Assembly (NCBI RefSeq): GCF_009914755.1
Contig: NC_060939.1
Origin: the human T2T-CHM13v2.0 reference genome, Homo sapiens
Length of the DNA stretch: 64,000 bases
Direction: 5' to 3' (one strand)
Each line of letters opens with the position of its first letter. Positions within the stretch are counted from its first letter, which is position 1. Of the stretch, positions 14,597-29,829 are shown in pieces. Below the pieces are notes generated by a model. The model saw only the letters and a list, made by a program, of their open reading frames with translations. It had not been told where the DNA came from and did not search any database. Position numbers and translations under genes: made by a program.

Positions 14597-16808
14597 TCTA
14601 ATCCCCTTTTTCGGGAATACTCTCTCAGGCTAGAAAGTCCTTCAATCTTGTTTACTAGTCACATTCTTATTAATTCAGAATACTTGTGGAAAGGAAAATA
14701 AATTAGGATAACATTTAATATTAAAATATCTTTAGAACACTGCAACTTATGCCATTTCTTCATGCACAGGTGAATTAGAATAACTTTAAAGTGCAAGCTT
14801 TTGAAAGTTGGGAGATTTTGTAACTGACTGATGTGGAGCTCTTGCGCTACACCCAATAAATGCAGGACTCAGTATGTGCTGGAAGGAAGACATGATACTG
14901 CATTCTGGTAGCCCCATGGGTCTGTGAATAGTTTAAGTGTTCTGCCACATACCTGTAGTGCCTATTTTCTCCAGACATTTTTAGGATGTGTTCTACCACA
15001 TACAGACTGAAAAGAAAGATGGGGATTGCACCTGGAGGAAGGTGGTTCTAAGTGCTTTCAAGTTAGTGGATTCAGGAAGTCATTCTAAGTGGCTGTGGTC
15101 CCCCACGGAAGCAGCATACCCTCTACAAACACCTCACCTGGCTTTCTAATGAGGCTGCATGAAAATGCAGTAAGAAATCCTCATAGCAGCACGCTCATGG
15201 CCATTTCTGCAACTTTCTAGGCAAAGGCTGCATGGGCAGGATTACTCCACAGTGAGTGTGCTAGCCTCTGTTCTGAGCAGACCTTTAGCTCCTACCACTC
15301 AGGGCATGGAACACTTTGAAACCCAGTTTTAGAAGTAACATATCATTTTTTTCAATGCCTCACAGGCCAACGTTCTTGGTTGTGGACACTATTTCTTAAT
15401 GATAAGCCCAAGTTCCTGCTGGCTCTCATTTCTCCCTGAGGTAAACCTCTCAGTGCGTCTTCTCCGGAGAATGCAGGGACATCTGCAAGACCTCTTGAGG
15501 TGGAGGATAAAGTGGCACTGCATAGAAAAAGGATCTGATTGGTGTCTTAAAAATTCAGGCTTTTCCATCTACTTATCATGTACTTTGGCTCTTAGGGGCT
15601 GGGGTGGAGAGGAGGGAACGTTGCTGGTGACCTTGACTGATCAATTACTTACTCAGTGACAACTGCCACACACCCAGGACACATTGGGCATTACTCAAGA
15701 TGGGGGTGGGGAGAGGATGAACCACGCATGACTGACGCAGGTCCCTCCTCAGGGAGGTGTGCCCTTGCAGATGCAGGCACCGTGAGCTGTGAGCAGAGCT
15801 GGAAGGTGGTCAGTACTGCCCTATGGAGATGCACCCCAGCCACTTAATCCAGCCTGGGGGGCTGTGCCGGGTCAAGCAGGTTGAAAAGGCTTCCCAGAGG
15901 AAGTAGCGCCAGATGAAGCCTAAGAATGAGTCGGAGCTAGCCACATGAAGGCGAAGCTGGTGGCCATGGGTCAGGAGCATTCAACCAACCCATTCACTGG
16001 CTTCATGGTTGTCATCACAGGACTGGGGTCAATTTTTATGCACTCTTTGTTCAAGCTACATGAACAGCTCTGCCTTCTCTTAGCATTTTCAACCAAGAGT
16101 TGGTGATCTCTGAAATGCTTTACATTTTACAAAGCACTTTCATTTATTATACCAATTACAATGCACAGCATTCAGTAAGCACAGTCAGCACTGCACACTG
16201 CAAAATATACATTTAGTAATTTAGTAAAAACCTGTGCAAGAACAGACTGAGGAGCAGAAGACGCCATCTCAATCTTGGGGCAGTTGATATAAAGATGACA
16301 AGGAAACCCAGGCTAAGGCAACCTTCATCAGGTAACATCAGGAGAAGATGACCATGTCTAATGGGGCAAGGCGGACTGGAGGTGGCGCAAGTTCCTGGAC
16401 CACTAAGGCTGGCTGCTAACCCCAGTGGAGCAAAGGCAGCTTACTCTTGGGAGGAGAACAGCACCTACCTCCTCTGGTCAGTCTCTTTCCTTCCTCTTCC
16501 TTCCTGCCTCCAAGGTCATCAATGACCTGTTGTCTGCCCAAGGATGGGAGATTCTTATGTTATCAAACATTGATTGGTGAAATTCATCCTCGGTCTTTTC
16601 AATAACCAGTCCCAGAGAGCATCTTCTTCTCAGGTGAGCCTTCCTCCCCATCAAAGCCTATCACTCTCCTTTAGATACAGAGAGGAGGGGTGTGTGTGAT
16701 GTGTGAATGATAACAGCACTCCTTCCGATGATCCTGTGCTGTGAGTCTATGGCAGCACATTTTGTCACTCCAGTCACGCCCATGGAGCCAGTGCCCCTGA
16801 AGGGACTA

Positions 16809-17060
<252 letters not shown>

Positions 17061-18199
17061 CTATGTTTTGAGTAGATTTGCTTAATGTGCTTGTCTAGGG
17101 GAAGTGTCATCAAAGAACTAACTTTCCAATATTCTCATGTTACTGCTGCCATTTTATTTGTACCAGGTTGGTACTGAAAAGTCGAGAGGCTGGGGAGAAT
17201 GGGTGCTCTGACCAGAGTTCTATTTGCGAAGTGTAACTTCAGAGCTGACCCAGACACCACACAGAGATGAATTTAAAATGTATCTCAACTGCAATGAATA
17301 AGATAGTTTTAAGAGAATGAGAATTGAAGTATGAAGAATTCCAGAAAGGCATACTCCTCTCAAGAGCTTCTGAGAGAGTTCAAAGTTCAAATACTGAAGG
17401 TGAATTTCACCAGTGGTTGATTACATGAGGTAAGCTCAGAGCAAAAGGAATGTTCTCCTTGGCATATTTGGATGGTTTTATCAGCTCTTCCTGGCCACGA
17501 AGTTTGCCAACCTTAGAAATGCCTGTTCTTGGGATATTCCTGACCCTTAGAGATGGGCACAGGTGGTCTCATCAGAAAGAACAGTGGTCGTTAGCTGGAT
17601 TATAGCTCCAAATCCAGCTTTAGCACAGTGCTCATATTTACAGGGTGATTCATCATGGCTTCTTGAGGATGAGTAAGTGGGGCAATAGGTGCATTCTTAC
17701 TTGTAACACCCAGGAGTCTCCTAAAACATTAGGTCAATTTTGTCAATAAGATCATTTAAAGCAGAGATTGCGAGAACAATATTATCTCAATATAAGACTT
17801 TTTAATTTGAACATAAAATATAAGAAAAAATATTCACTCAATATTTAATGTTAGTCAAACAAATGGACCAAAGCTGTAGGGTGGGGAAGAGTTGCTCCCC
17901 ACAGCTAATGCCACCTTCCTGGTCCTACCTACTCTCCTCTCTTTAATAAAACATGCATCTTTCCACATGGTAAGTGGCAGACTCTACTTAAAACTTGCAA
18001 ATGCTTCCTAGTGAAATTATTAATAGCAAAACAAGTACAAACTCCTTACAAGAACCTCAAGAACCTACAGGCCTGACCCCTGGGCCTTCAGCCCTCCTTT
18101 CTCATTCACCCAGCCAGGCCTCACTGGTCTCTTATTGCAGCTCAGACCAGCGTGCTCTGCCCAGGGCTCCTGGGTCCTGTGCAGGGACACACCTCCAGA

Positions 18200-18510
18200 T
18201 CTTCACATAGCTCATTCTTTCCCACATTTGCATCTTGGCTGAAATAAAACCTTTTGCAGAAGCCTTCCCTGGCATTCCATCTCACAGGCAACCTCGCAAT
18301 CACTCACTATGCTTTTATCAGACTTTACTTTCTTCAAAGCACTACCACTATTTGATTTTGGTCTAATGGCTTCCTGTCTTTTGTGGATTATAAGCTCCAC
18401 AAAGGCAGGTGTTTTGTCTGTCATCTCTAAATATCCCTTTGCTTACAACCGTGCCTACATAGAGTTAATGTCCAGTAAGTATTTGTTGGATAAACTTTGG
18501 GTTGATGAAT
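18200..18510 (+). mobile_element. L2 3' fragment
   Basis: TATAAGCTCCACAAAGGCAGG...GTGCCTACATAGAG...TAAGTATTTGTTGGATAAA matches an L2 3' end. Confidence 0.6.
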
Positions 18511-19641
18511 TTGCCCTCAAGTGTGGAAATAAAGACACCATTTTTCTTTTATCTATTCCCAATATGGAGACATGTGTAGTCAGACCAGAAGAAAATCAGG
18601 AGAATCCCTTCTTCCACTCAAATGATTAAACCATGATTCTCTGCAGAGAAGGGACCTCACACATGGAGAGAACCTCTTCTACAGCAGATCTTCCTGCTCA
18701 TCATACACCACTGCCCATACACCACAGCGGCAGAGTCCTCTCTCTCAGGAGTCATGCACTGTGTGACTTGACAGTTGAAACAGGAGCTGCTGCCTTACTT
18801 AGATTCCAAATTGGCCTTCCTGAAACTTCCTCCACTGGAGTTGTGCCCTCACTGGAGTTGTGCTCTCTGGCCACACTGAAGCCAGTTAACTTCTTAAGAT
18901 CATCCTTCAAATACTGGGAAATCATCTTTTCCCTGAGCCTTCTGTCCTCTAAGGTAAAAGTCCCCAGAGAATTCAACTTTGCATCACTTGACATGGCTTA
19001 TGTCTTTCTTATTCTGTGAAAGCACAGCTCTCAGAAAACACGACAGTGATGTAGGGTGGAAGTGAGGGGCACCATGGGGCCAGCCTCACCCAGGATCTAC
19101 ACTAGCCTACCACCAGTGCAGTTTCTCAATATGTTCATTCACAAAGACATTCGCTTCTTACCACAATTGTTTCAAGTGGGACTGCAAAGTCAAAGTCATT
19201 TATCCCCCTAAAATTCAGTATAAATATTGACAAGCCTAAATCCAATTGAGACTAGTTATAAACCAGTTCATAATAGGCCAAGATAAGCAACAACAAAAAC
19301 CATATCCTGATATGCCAGGAGGTGTAGTTTAGGTAGCAGGAGGGACATTGTTAGATGTTATGGATGCAGCTCTCATCTCTCATATAGGAGTACTCAATGC
19401 TGAATTATCAATAAAGCATCTGAATACTACTCAAATTGAAGAAAATTGCCGAGATGCAGAAATAGCCTGCTTGTCAAGCCGAGTTCCTGATGGGAAATGA
19501 GTTTTACTCTGACCGCCCAGGGTCCCAGCAGTGCAGCCACTCATGAGTGATGAAGCATATTGTAGGAAAATAGCATCTCGGTGTTTGCTCTCCTCTCACT
19601 GAATGGACCGAAATGAGGGGCATTTGTTTTCTTCTATTTCA

Positions 19642-19980
<339 letters not shown>

Positions 19981-20169
19981 TCAGGGAGACTCCTCTTAGA
20001 TAAACGAGTAAGCCCCTGTGGGAACCCTGCCCAAAGTACGCCTGGCTAAACATCATTCACTATATATAGAGAGAAACTTGAGTAAATAAGAAACTCTTTT
20101 CAGCATAATATAGACCAGATTTATCAAGGAAAAAAAAAACACAAAACTTTATTTTATTATATATTTTTA

Positions 20170-20705
<536 letters not shown>

Positions 20706-22500
20706 ACTTACTAGGTCTTATTGACTTTGGATAATCAGTGGCAGAGAAAGGGGTTTCCAAGGGAGTTCTTACCTTCAATTTTTGTTTCTCTTCTTGTCTA
20801 TAGGCTCTCTAGCCTCTCTACTACAGACAGAGCCTATGTGTGGGACACCACCAATTAGGTTAAGACTGAGGTCTTTGACTTTCCACGGGGAGTGTTAAAG
20901 TAGCTACAGATACACTTTGGAACTCTAAACCTCACCTCTGCTTCTTTCTATTTTATTATAGTTGTCTGTTGGGCTGGATTCTGCTATTACAGAAATTTTT
21001 TTACTGTGTGATCATCTATCTTTTCAAAACAAATATTTGGCTCCTATTTTATCAATTATGAACCAAAATTGGGTGGGTAAGTTCTCTTGGGGCCAGCTAA
21101 AGCTATGGAAATAATTACTTCCCAAAAGCAGTTAAGGCTCCACCATGCAATGGTTAAGCCAACCCTACACTGAGAAACAATACTTCTAGAAATGTCAAGT
21201 CCACTTCCTACTCTGCCTGCAGCCTTCTCTTAGGGAGACCAACTTACTCACAGCTGCTTCTTTGAAAACGCAACTATTAGGGTTATTATATTTTACACTA
21301 CATATCTCTAGAACCCCACCCTTTCCCCACCACTGTCAAAGGTGACTGGACTGTGGTGGGTTCCTGAGTCAAAGACAGCAAGCCATTAGTGGGTGAGAGA
21401 TACATGACATGGCCTGAGTTGAAAGGCAGAGTGGAGCTAAAGAGACTCTCTTCCATAGGAATGAATTGAACAGTAAAGATAAGAGTGGAAGTGCATCTGC
21501 AAGGCCATGGTTTACAGGCTTGTGATGCTGTTTTCAAACTGGAGAGCAAAGGATGAGAAAGCATCATAGAGGGAGAGAAGGTACAGCAAGTAGAGTTGAG
21601 GTTGCAGTCGTAGTTGTGCCCCAGGCCACAGCGGGTGGCCTTGCTGAATGTGTGCTCCACCTCTCCAGGGAGCAGCTTCTGAAAGCCTGTGCAGGAGTTG
21701 TGTAACTGGCAGTCCTGGCTATGCCCATTCAGTGATGGGGAGTAAGAATGAAAATGTGAGAATGCTTTCTCCTGAGATCCCTAGAGTCACCTTCAATCCC
21801 CAGCTGTCCTTCAGGTTTCATCTTTCTTGAAGCCCAGTGTTGAGCTTTTTCTGAATGATCTTCATTATGAATATTCACAACAAACCTACTAATGCTGCAG
21901 GTAATGAGCAAGCCCGACTCTTACCAACAGATCCTAATCCAAACACCTGTAAAACACTAGACATGTGCCAATACTGATGGACTTGTGTCATTTACCCTAA
22001 ACTCAGGTGATAAAGTATGTCCTTCCATTAGCATCTGGTTAAGCAAGCAGGTTGAGCAACATTCTACTTTCCAAAGATTGAGAGAAGCAGTGAGGGATAA
22101 TGCCAACATATTTAGCACACAGGTCAATGCTTAATTTTTTATGCAAATAGCATGCATGCACCATGCAGACATCATCAATAAAATCCATACCAATGGTGAA
22201 AGTGTGTTCCTTCCAAATGTCATAACACTTCCCCTTATCCATGGAGTCAAGGAGTGCATTACATTCTGTGATCCCAAATCAACACATAGCTCTTTGGCAT
22301 ATTTTTCTACAGCATTTAACATTCTAGCCAACTGAAGTTCCAGACTCACACCTTTCAACTCTGGCATGTGTTATGGCAGATTGACAACCCAATAACCACA
22401 CAAGATGCCTATAATGCAAAATTAGAATAGAGTTCTGCTAAAATTATGAATCTTTATGAAGAAGAAAAGAACCTTCACTGACAATGTTCAAATTTTTTAA

Positions 22501-22811
<311 letters not shown>

Positions 22812-22911
22812 TTAATTTTCTTATATATTTTGGTACCTATTCACTTGAACTGAGTCAATGATTGAAATTACTGTTTCTTACTGTTTTCTTATTCACTTTT
22901 CAAACCACCCC

Positions 22912-22913
<2 letters not shown>

Positions 22914-22951
<38 letters not shown>
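22914..22951. repeat. (AC)19 microsatellite; possibly the STR marker D15S97
   Basis: Perfect (AC)19 seen directly. The marker identity rests on my recollection of flanking primers (22851-22873 and 23004-23023) and is unverified. Confidence 0.85.
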
Positions 22952-22954
<3 letters not shown>

Positions 22955-23142
22955 TACACACACATAAACATGCCCAAATTGTTCGGGGACACCATGTGCA
23001 GTGGTCACATTATTGGAGGGAGAAGGGGAACCTGAGGCTAGAAGAATTGGTGACAGCATGCCCTTTTCCCACCAAGTACACCAAGTACAGTAGCTGTCCA
23101 GGTCTTCTCATTCTGTTATAATGCTGGCTATAAAATGGAGCC

Positions 23143-23211
23143 CCATTTCAGTGAGCTGAGATGGGGCCACTGCACTCCAGCCTGGGCGACAAAGTGAGTA
23201 AGACTCCATCT

Positions 23212-23242
<31 letters not shown>

Positions 23243-23762
23243 GAGAAAGAGAAGAAGGAAATTCTGAAATTTGTGACAACATTGATGGAATTGGAGAACA
23301 TTATGCTAAGTGAAATAAGTCAGGCCCAGAAAGACAAATATCACATTTTCACTTATTTGTGGAATTAAAACAATGAACTTATAGAAGTAGAGAGTAGAAT
23401 GGTGGTGGCAGAAGCTGGAGGAGGGAAAATGGGGAGGTGATGAGCAAAGGGTAGACAATTTCAAACAGGGAGAATATGTTTTCTCTTTTTGTGCATTCTA
23501 TTGCAGAACATGGTGAATATAGTTAGCAGTAGAGTATTGTACATTTCAAATTGCTAAGTAAACTTCAAATGTTCTTGCCACAAAAAAATGTTAATAATTT
23601 GAGGTGATGGATATGTTAACTAGCTTGATTTAATTATTTCACATTAGATTCATAAATCGTAACATCATTTTGTGCCCCATACATTGTTCCGCCACGCAAC
23701 TCCCTCTTCACAGAACCCATAAATCTATACAATTATACACTGTCAATTTACAATTAAAAAAA
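23143..23762 (+). mobile_element. Alu 3' fragment fused to an L1MA 3'UTR
   Basis: Alu right-arm end with an A/(GA) tail (to ~23250), then an L1MA 3'UTR. The whole is flanked by the 11-bp direct repeat AAAATGGAGCC. Confidence 0.8.
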
Positions 23763-24819
23763 TGGAGCCACTTTTTTCTTTTTATGTGAGGAATAAAGTA
23801 GACACATCTACTCACTACTTTTCTTTATTTGGAAGAAATACTCAGAAAACCCTCTCAGAGTGAAGAGTGAGGCACATGAGCTTGCTCTTGCTCATGCGGC
23901 AAAAGGTAACCATCAAGATAGAAGAAGTAGCTGAACAGCTGGGATAAAAAGGCAAAAAGAGAGAGAGTAGGGGTGGGGAGCAGAGCGAATGAAGTAGGCT
24001 GTGGAGCAGGAGCATGCCCCTCCCTAAGCCACAAAATCCTCATCCAAGTTGGCTAAACTCATCACAGGCTGGGAGAGTGGGCCTTTTGAGTGAATCGACC
24101 CTGGGATGTTGCAGAAATCATCGAATGTGTGCTCCACCTCTCCAGGGAGCAGCTTCTCAAAGCTTGTGCAGGAGTTGCGTTAAGGTTGAGAAGGGTTACA
24201 GAAGGGTTGAGGAATTTCACAGACGGTAGAACTGAGAGTTCAAGCCTAGTGCACGGAGATCAACCAAGGGCAGATAGGCCACAGTGACATCTGGGCTCCA
24301 CTTGTGTAATCCCCAACACTCACACACATGGTTTTATATTTTCCCTAATAAATATATATATTTTTCGTTCTGACAGAATAATTTAACCAACATCTAGTGC
24401 CACCTTCTCCAGCCCTCTGTGATCTGAGAATTCCACTGTTATTCCTAAGTGGTGAAGCTCAGCAATCGGAATCCAATAGGACTGGGTGAGGCTCTCTCAG
24501 TATTACTCTTCAGTAGGTTCCTTTTTTTTCTTTCGATTGTTTATTTTTTGTTTTATGATTGAGAGACAGCAGTGCTTAGGGTCTCTGTGACTACAAGGTA
24601 TGTTTCTGATAGAGAAGCAGAGGAAGATAATGGCCAAGTGACAGAAGACACGCCTGTGTCCAATATATCCTTTCTTTACAGTCATACTTTGAGAATGCTG
24701 AAAGTAGAGAGAAAAAACAAACAAAAAAGTCGACAAAGAGACAGAGGACTGAGGACTAGAGAACTGGACAACGTTACAGGGATGGTGCTAATTCATCATC
24801 TCAGTGCCCAGGACAACCA

Positions 24820-25070
24820 CCAGTCATATCTGTACTTTATGGAACACCAGTTGAGCAGTTGCTCAGTGCCCAGTTCTGTGCCAAGTACTTTAATACACAC
24901 GTGTTTACTCTCACAACAACCATATTATAGAGGTATTGTTGTTATTATATCCATTGTGCAGATGAGTGAACCAAGGTTTGGAAAGAGTAAGCAGCTTGAC
25001 CACGTTCCCAATGCCACTGGAAGGCAGATGCGGCATTCAGATCCAAGCAGTTTGAACCCTATGCTCTGCT
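24820..25070 (-). mobile_element. MIR SINE
   Basis: CTCACAACAACCATATTATAGAGGTATTGTTGTTATTATATCCATTGTGCAGATGAGTGAAC is a reverse MIR core. Confidence 0.7.
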
Positions 25071-27274
25071 ACATCTATATTACCTCTTTTACCTTAAACA
25101 TACAAGATACATTCAACTTTTAAAGGCCTACTCAGGAAATGAGAATCTTGTTTTGAATGAAGAGCAATAAGGTTGATAAATTTATGTAGACAGAGATATA
25201 AATATTGATACTTACACATATTATAGGCATATATATACATATATATTCATAACATTCTCATTAGATATGTCAAATTGGAAATATAATGAGTAAATGCCGA
25301 AAATAAATATTCTACATGCTATTCCTACAGTAATTATAGTGACATTTAATCCAACAGCTTCCCACCCATTGTGGAATAGGGTCATTTATTAGATCATTCC
25401 TGCTTTTACAAATAATACATGTCTAAAGATATGATTAAGAATTAAAAGTATTAACATGTAAGAAATAAACTTGAAGTTGTAAGGAGAGCACTATCTCTAG
25501 TAAGTGTAAAATCATATTTTGAGATTCTGGTGACGCACTGTCTTTGGACGCTGTCTTCAACTACCCTTAGAGACCGTTCCCTGCACGCCTGACTCAAGGA
25601 TGTCAAGATCCACGGATGTCAGTGTGTTGAAGGGTTTTCATTTTGTCTCAGTTGTATTAAGCTTGTGAAATACTTTCTGGCATTAGCATTTCCATTTTTA
25701 AAATATTCACACATTGATAAATCATAATAAGGGCAGATGCAAACTCTTCATGAATTGCATAAATACAAACTTCTCTGCATAAGGACTGCTGTGTAAATGT
25801 TGCTGTCTGATGGTCAGGGACTTGCTCACTTCTGCAAACATTTGTCTGAAACATCTACCTGTTGACTTAGGTATAAAAGTGCTCCTTGTCAGTGTTGCTG
25901 GGAAAGGCTGGATATGGTCAGAGTCTGGGATTCATGCTTAGAGTGAATCCAGCAATGCACACAATCTCTTCCCCCATTTGTATGAATAGTTTTGATTCAC
26001 TGTAAACACTGGAGAGAACAGATTAAAATGTCCATTGCAAGCACTGATTCTGATGTCCCTGGCTGGTCACTGTATGCCAAGGTCCTGGACCAGCTTTCTC
26101 AGAGAAGCTTCTGGAACTAAACAATCTTGGTCTCTATCTCTCCTCAGCTTCCTCCTTTTGAATGTTTTCATTACATTTCATTACACCTACAAATCAGAAT
26201 GTCCATTATTTGTTAGCTTGCTGGCCCCTCACTCACCCCCAGGTGAGCCCACAAGAGCAGGACTTTATTGCTCCTGTCCACGGTTCTCTCCCCAGTACCT
26301 AGAACGGCAGCAACCCCAACCACACACGCAGAGTAAGTGTCCTGTAAATATTCTCAGAACAAATGACTTTCAAGATAAGAGGACCAGGCATAAGCTGAAG
26401 TGTGGGACTCGAGCAAAATGTGGAAAGAGAAGGAGTTGGTTTAGTCCTTCTTGGCTTTAATGTCCCAAATGTAAGAGTCAGCGGGGACACATTCCCGCTA
26501 ACAAGCACTCCCAGCATGAGTCCTGGCTGTGCATGGTTATGGACTCTGTTGAGAACCTCCACGGGGTCACCGGTCAAGAGGCTTGGATAAGAATCCCCTA
26601 TTTTTATGGTCAAGTGATCTCCGTGAATCTTTATGTTGCAGAATTCAATTCTTACCTGCAGAATTCAATCCTGCAGAATTGAATCCAACATCAGTGTGCG
26701 AGAGCTTTATGGCTTCAGCTGCAGCGAAGACCACAATGAAATGCCGCCTTCAGGGGAGTCCTGGATCTCTGATCACAATCTTGTTAAGCTAGCAGGACCT
26801 GGAAGCAAGTTAGTAGCTCCTTTGGTGTGACTTCTGGCTTGCACTCGAGATGCCCAAATGTTCCAGAAATCTGGGCGAGAGTTGTATTTGTGGCCACGGG
26901 TTAGCACCACAGCCAAGGCATTGCTTCACAGGTAACCATTTGGCCCTTTGCAGTCACCCTACGGCAACTCACTCTCATCTTCATTCATCGTTCCTCTGAT
27001 GCAGGATGCACTGGCTGGTGGAGGCAGCTATCATTTTACCAGGAAAAGGAACTCAGATGCTAGGATGTTGGACCTAAGTCAAATAATTCAGACCAAGCAT
27101 TTTCCTTGAGCAAATGCTTGTTATTCAATGTGAAGAAGTCACAGGACATAGGCCAATGTTTCGTTTATCCCGATTTTTGTTTTACTTTACAAAATACATA
27201 AGAAAACACATTCATAGAACTATCCAAAGGCTTTTGCTATGGGAACTCCTTGAAGATGTTGCTGGGAAAATTAT

Positions 27275-27785
27275 TGTGGTAAGTTGACTATGTTAGCAGC
27301 CAATTCCTTTCCTCTTTCCAGAATCCACTCTCCCAGCCATGTCATTACAACTCTACTCACCAAAGAGGAGCTGGCTGTTTGCCTGCCTCCTGAATGTGCG
27401 CCAACTTTGTGACTTGCTTTATCTAATATAAAGGCTGGAAGTGACCACGTGCCAGCCCCATGCTTAGGCCCTAAGATGCATTCTTTTTCAAGGCTTTTCT
27501 GCTTCTTCCTCTGCTGTGAGAAAGCCATGCCCAGAAGAGTCTGCTGGTTTCAGGAGAATGAACACAGAGAGCAGGACTGAGGTGACCATTCATCTTTTCA
27601 GAGACTACCCTGGGTAAGCTAATGGGTCTCCCATACCCAGCCTGTGAGAGAGCCAGCCAGAATCAGCAGAGATGCTCATTAACAACCCAGACACACAAGC
27701 AATGAGCACTTTGGGGTTATTGTATGCATTGAGGCTTTCTAGCTGATTGTTACACAGCACTCTTGCGGCAATAGATAACCGATAT
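27275..27785 (+). mobile_element. MLT1 (G/H-like) MaLR solo LTR
   Basis: Starts TGTGGTAAG, contains GTGACTTGCTTT...GGAAGTGAC, and ends TTGTTACACAGCA...GCAATAGATAACCGATA. Confidence 0.7.
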
Positions 27786-28296
27786 GATAGTCAACACAAG
27801 TAACTGCAAACATACAGAAGCATAAATTCTCTTATCGCTACGTAGGGATCACAACCTGATACTTCTGAGGAGTGTCATAAGATAGCAAAACCCTTAGCAA
27901 ACAGCATTTTTCTAAAAGAGGGACATCTGTTTCTATATTGAAGCATAACTCCACTACCATTTAGGAATCCTAATTTTGGTGAATGAGTAGTCCCATCAGG
28001 CAAATGAGACAGGCCCAATGTACCTCCTCTTGATTTTCAAAGAATTTGGCAACACGCTACACAAAGCCGCAAACTGGCAATAGTGCTCAAGCCAGAACGA
28101 AAGGGGTATGCCAGATTCTAGAATACCTGAAAGGAACTGCCCAGAGGGTGGAATGAGAAGTTCTTAAGGACTACACCGCAGGTTCAACCCTCCGAAGAGG
28201 AAGAGAGAAAACAGCTTGAAAGAATCACTAAAGTACTTTGAGTCACTCCAACTATCTGGATCTAATTATGGCACTTGGGGGTTTCACAATCTAGAA

Positions 28297-28524
28297 CTGC
28301 ATTGTCCAAAACAGTAACCACCAACCATGTGTGACTATTTATATCTACATTTAGAATTAATTATTTTAAATCAACTTAAATGAAATAATATTAAAAATGT
28401 AGCTCCTCCGATGTTCTAGTCACATATCAAGTGCTCAACAGCCCTCTGTGACTGGCTGGTAGCTACTGTACTATGCAGATTACGGACTACCCCCATTACC
28501 ACAGAAAGCTCCATCAGACAGCAC
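28297..28524 (-). mobile_element. MER3 (hAT-Charlie MITE)
   Basis: CTGCATTGTCCAAAACAGTAACCACC...CAAGTGCTCAACAGCC...ACAGAAAGCTCCATCAGACAGCAC. Confidence 0.75.
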
Positions 28525-29229
28525 AAAAATAATAGCTTGCTATCTGTGTCTCTAGCCTCAGAGAACATGACTCCCTGGATGAATGTAGTTGGGGGGATAT
28601 GGTCAAATGCATGGAACCCAGAGGCTTGAACGTAAGCTGTCACAGCTGGAGGAAGCCCTGCATGCTGGGGTAGAAAATGTCACTCAAGACTCTACCCAAA
28701 GTGTGTCTGATTTCAAGGTTTAGTTATAACTCAGCAGCCAGACAGAAAGACCTACCCTAATTAAGTGACAATTAGGCGTAACAAATGGATCACCTTAACC
28801 TGATCTTCACATTTATATCCTAGAGGCTACAGCCTCCAATATGAGAGTGAAACTGAAGTCAAGATCACCACATCCATATTGGCACTAGAAAGTCACTTTG
28901 TTTCTATGAATCTGTCCCACCAAAGCATAAACATTCTGAATAGAAGAAGAGATGTTCTATGAAAAGCAATGGAAGCATAGAAAAAGCTAAAGTTGAAAAA
29001 TTTAGATGACCTGTGTCTGGTTACTAAATGTATGAGTGGATATGGCCTCTTTTCAAGAAGAACGGGGAGGCAAAAGAACATTCTGAAATGAAGGCACAGA
29101 CAGAGAGAAGAAGCTGCAACACTGAGAGATGAATGCAAGAAATCCTAGCCACAAATGCCAAATTGAAATCTGTACTGAAGGCAAGGGAATAGAATTAACA
29201 TGGCTGAAAATCCTTTAACGGCATGGAAA

Positions 29230-29687
<458 letters not shown>

Positions 29688-29829
29688 CTACTCAAAGGCA
29701 GAAGCTTTGAAAACAGAGGAGATGATAGATACTGAGGGGATAAAATGGATATGTAACTGAGATTTATTAGAGCAGGACCAAACAGCAACCAAATTAGCAA
29801 ATTAAACTTAAACATGAAACAATCAAAAA

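Noticed and set aside
20769-20835. Strong donor GAAG|GTAAGA with a short purine-rich upstream segment
   Set aside because: The acceptor is weak and there is no further support. It cannot be told apart from the many decoy sites in long introns.
24572-25123. 183-aa plus-strand ORF
   Set aside because: It has a non-ATG start, runs through a MIR, and shows no recognisable domain.
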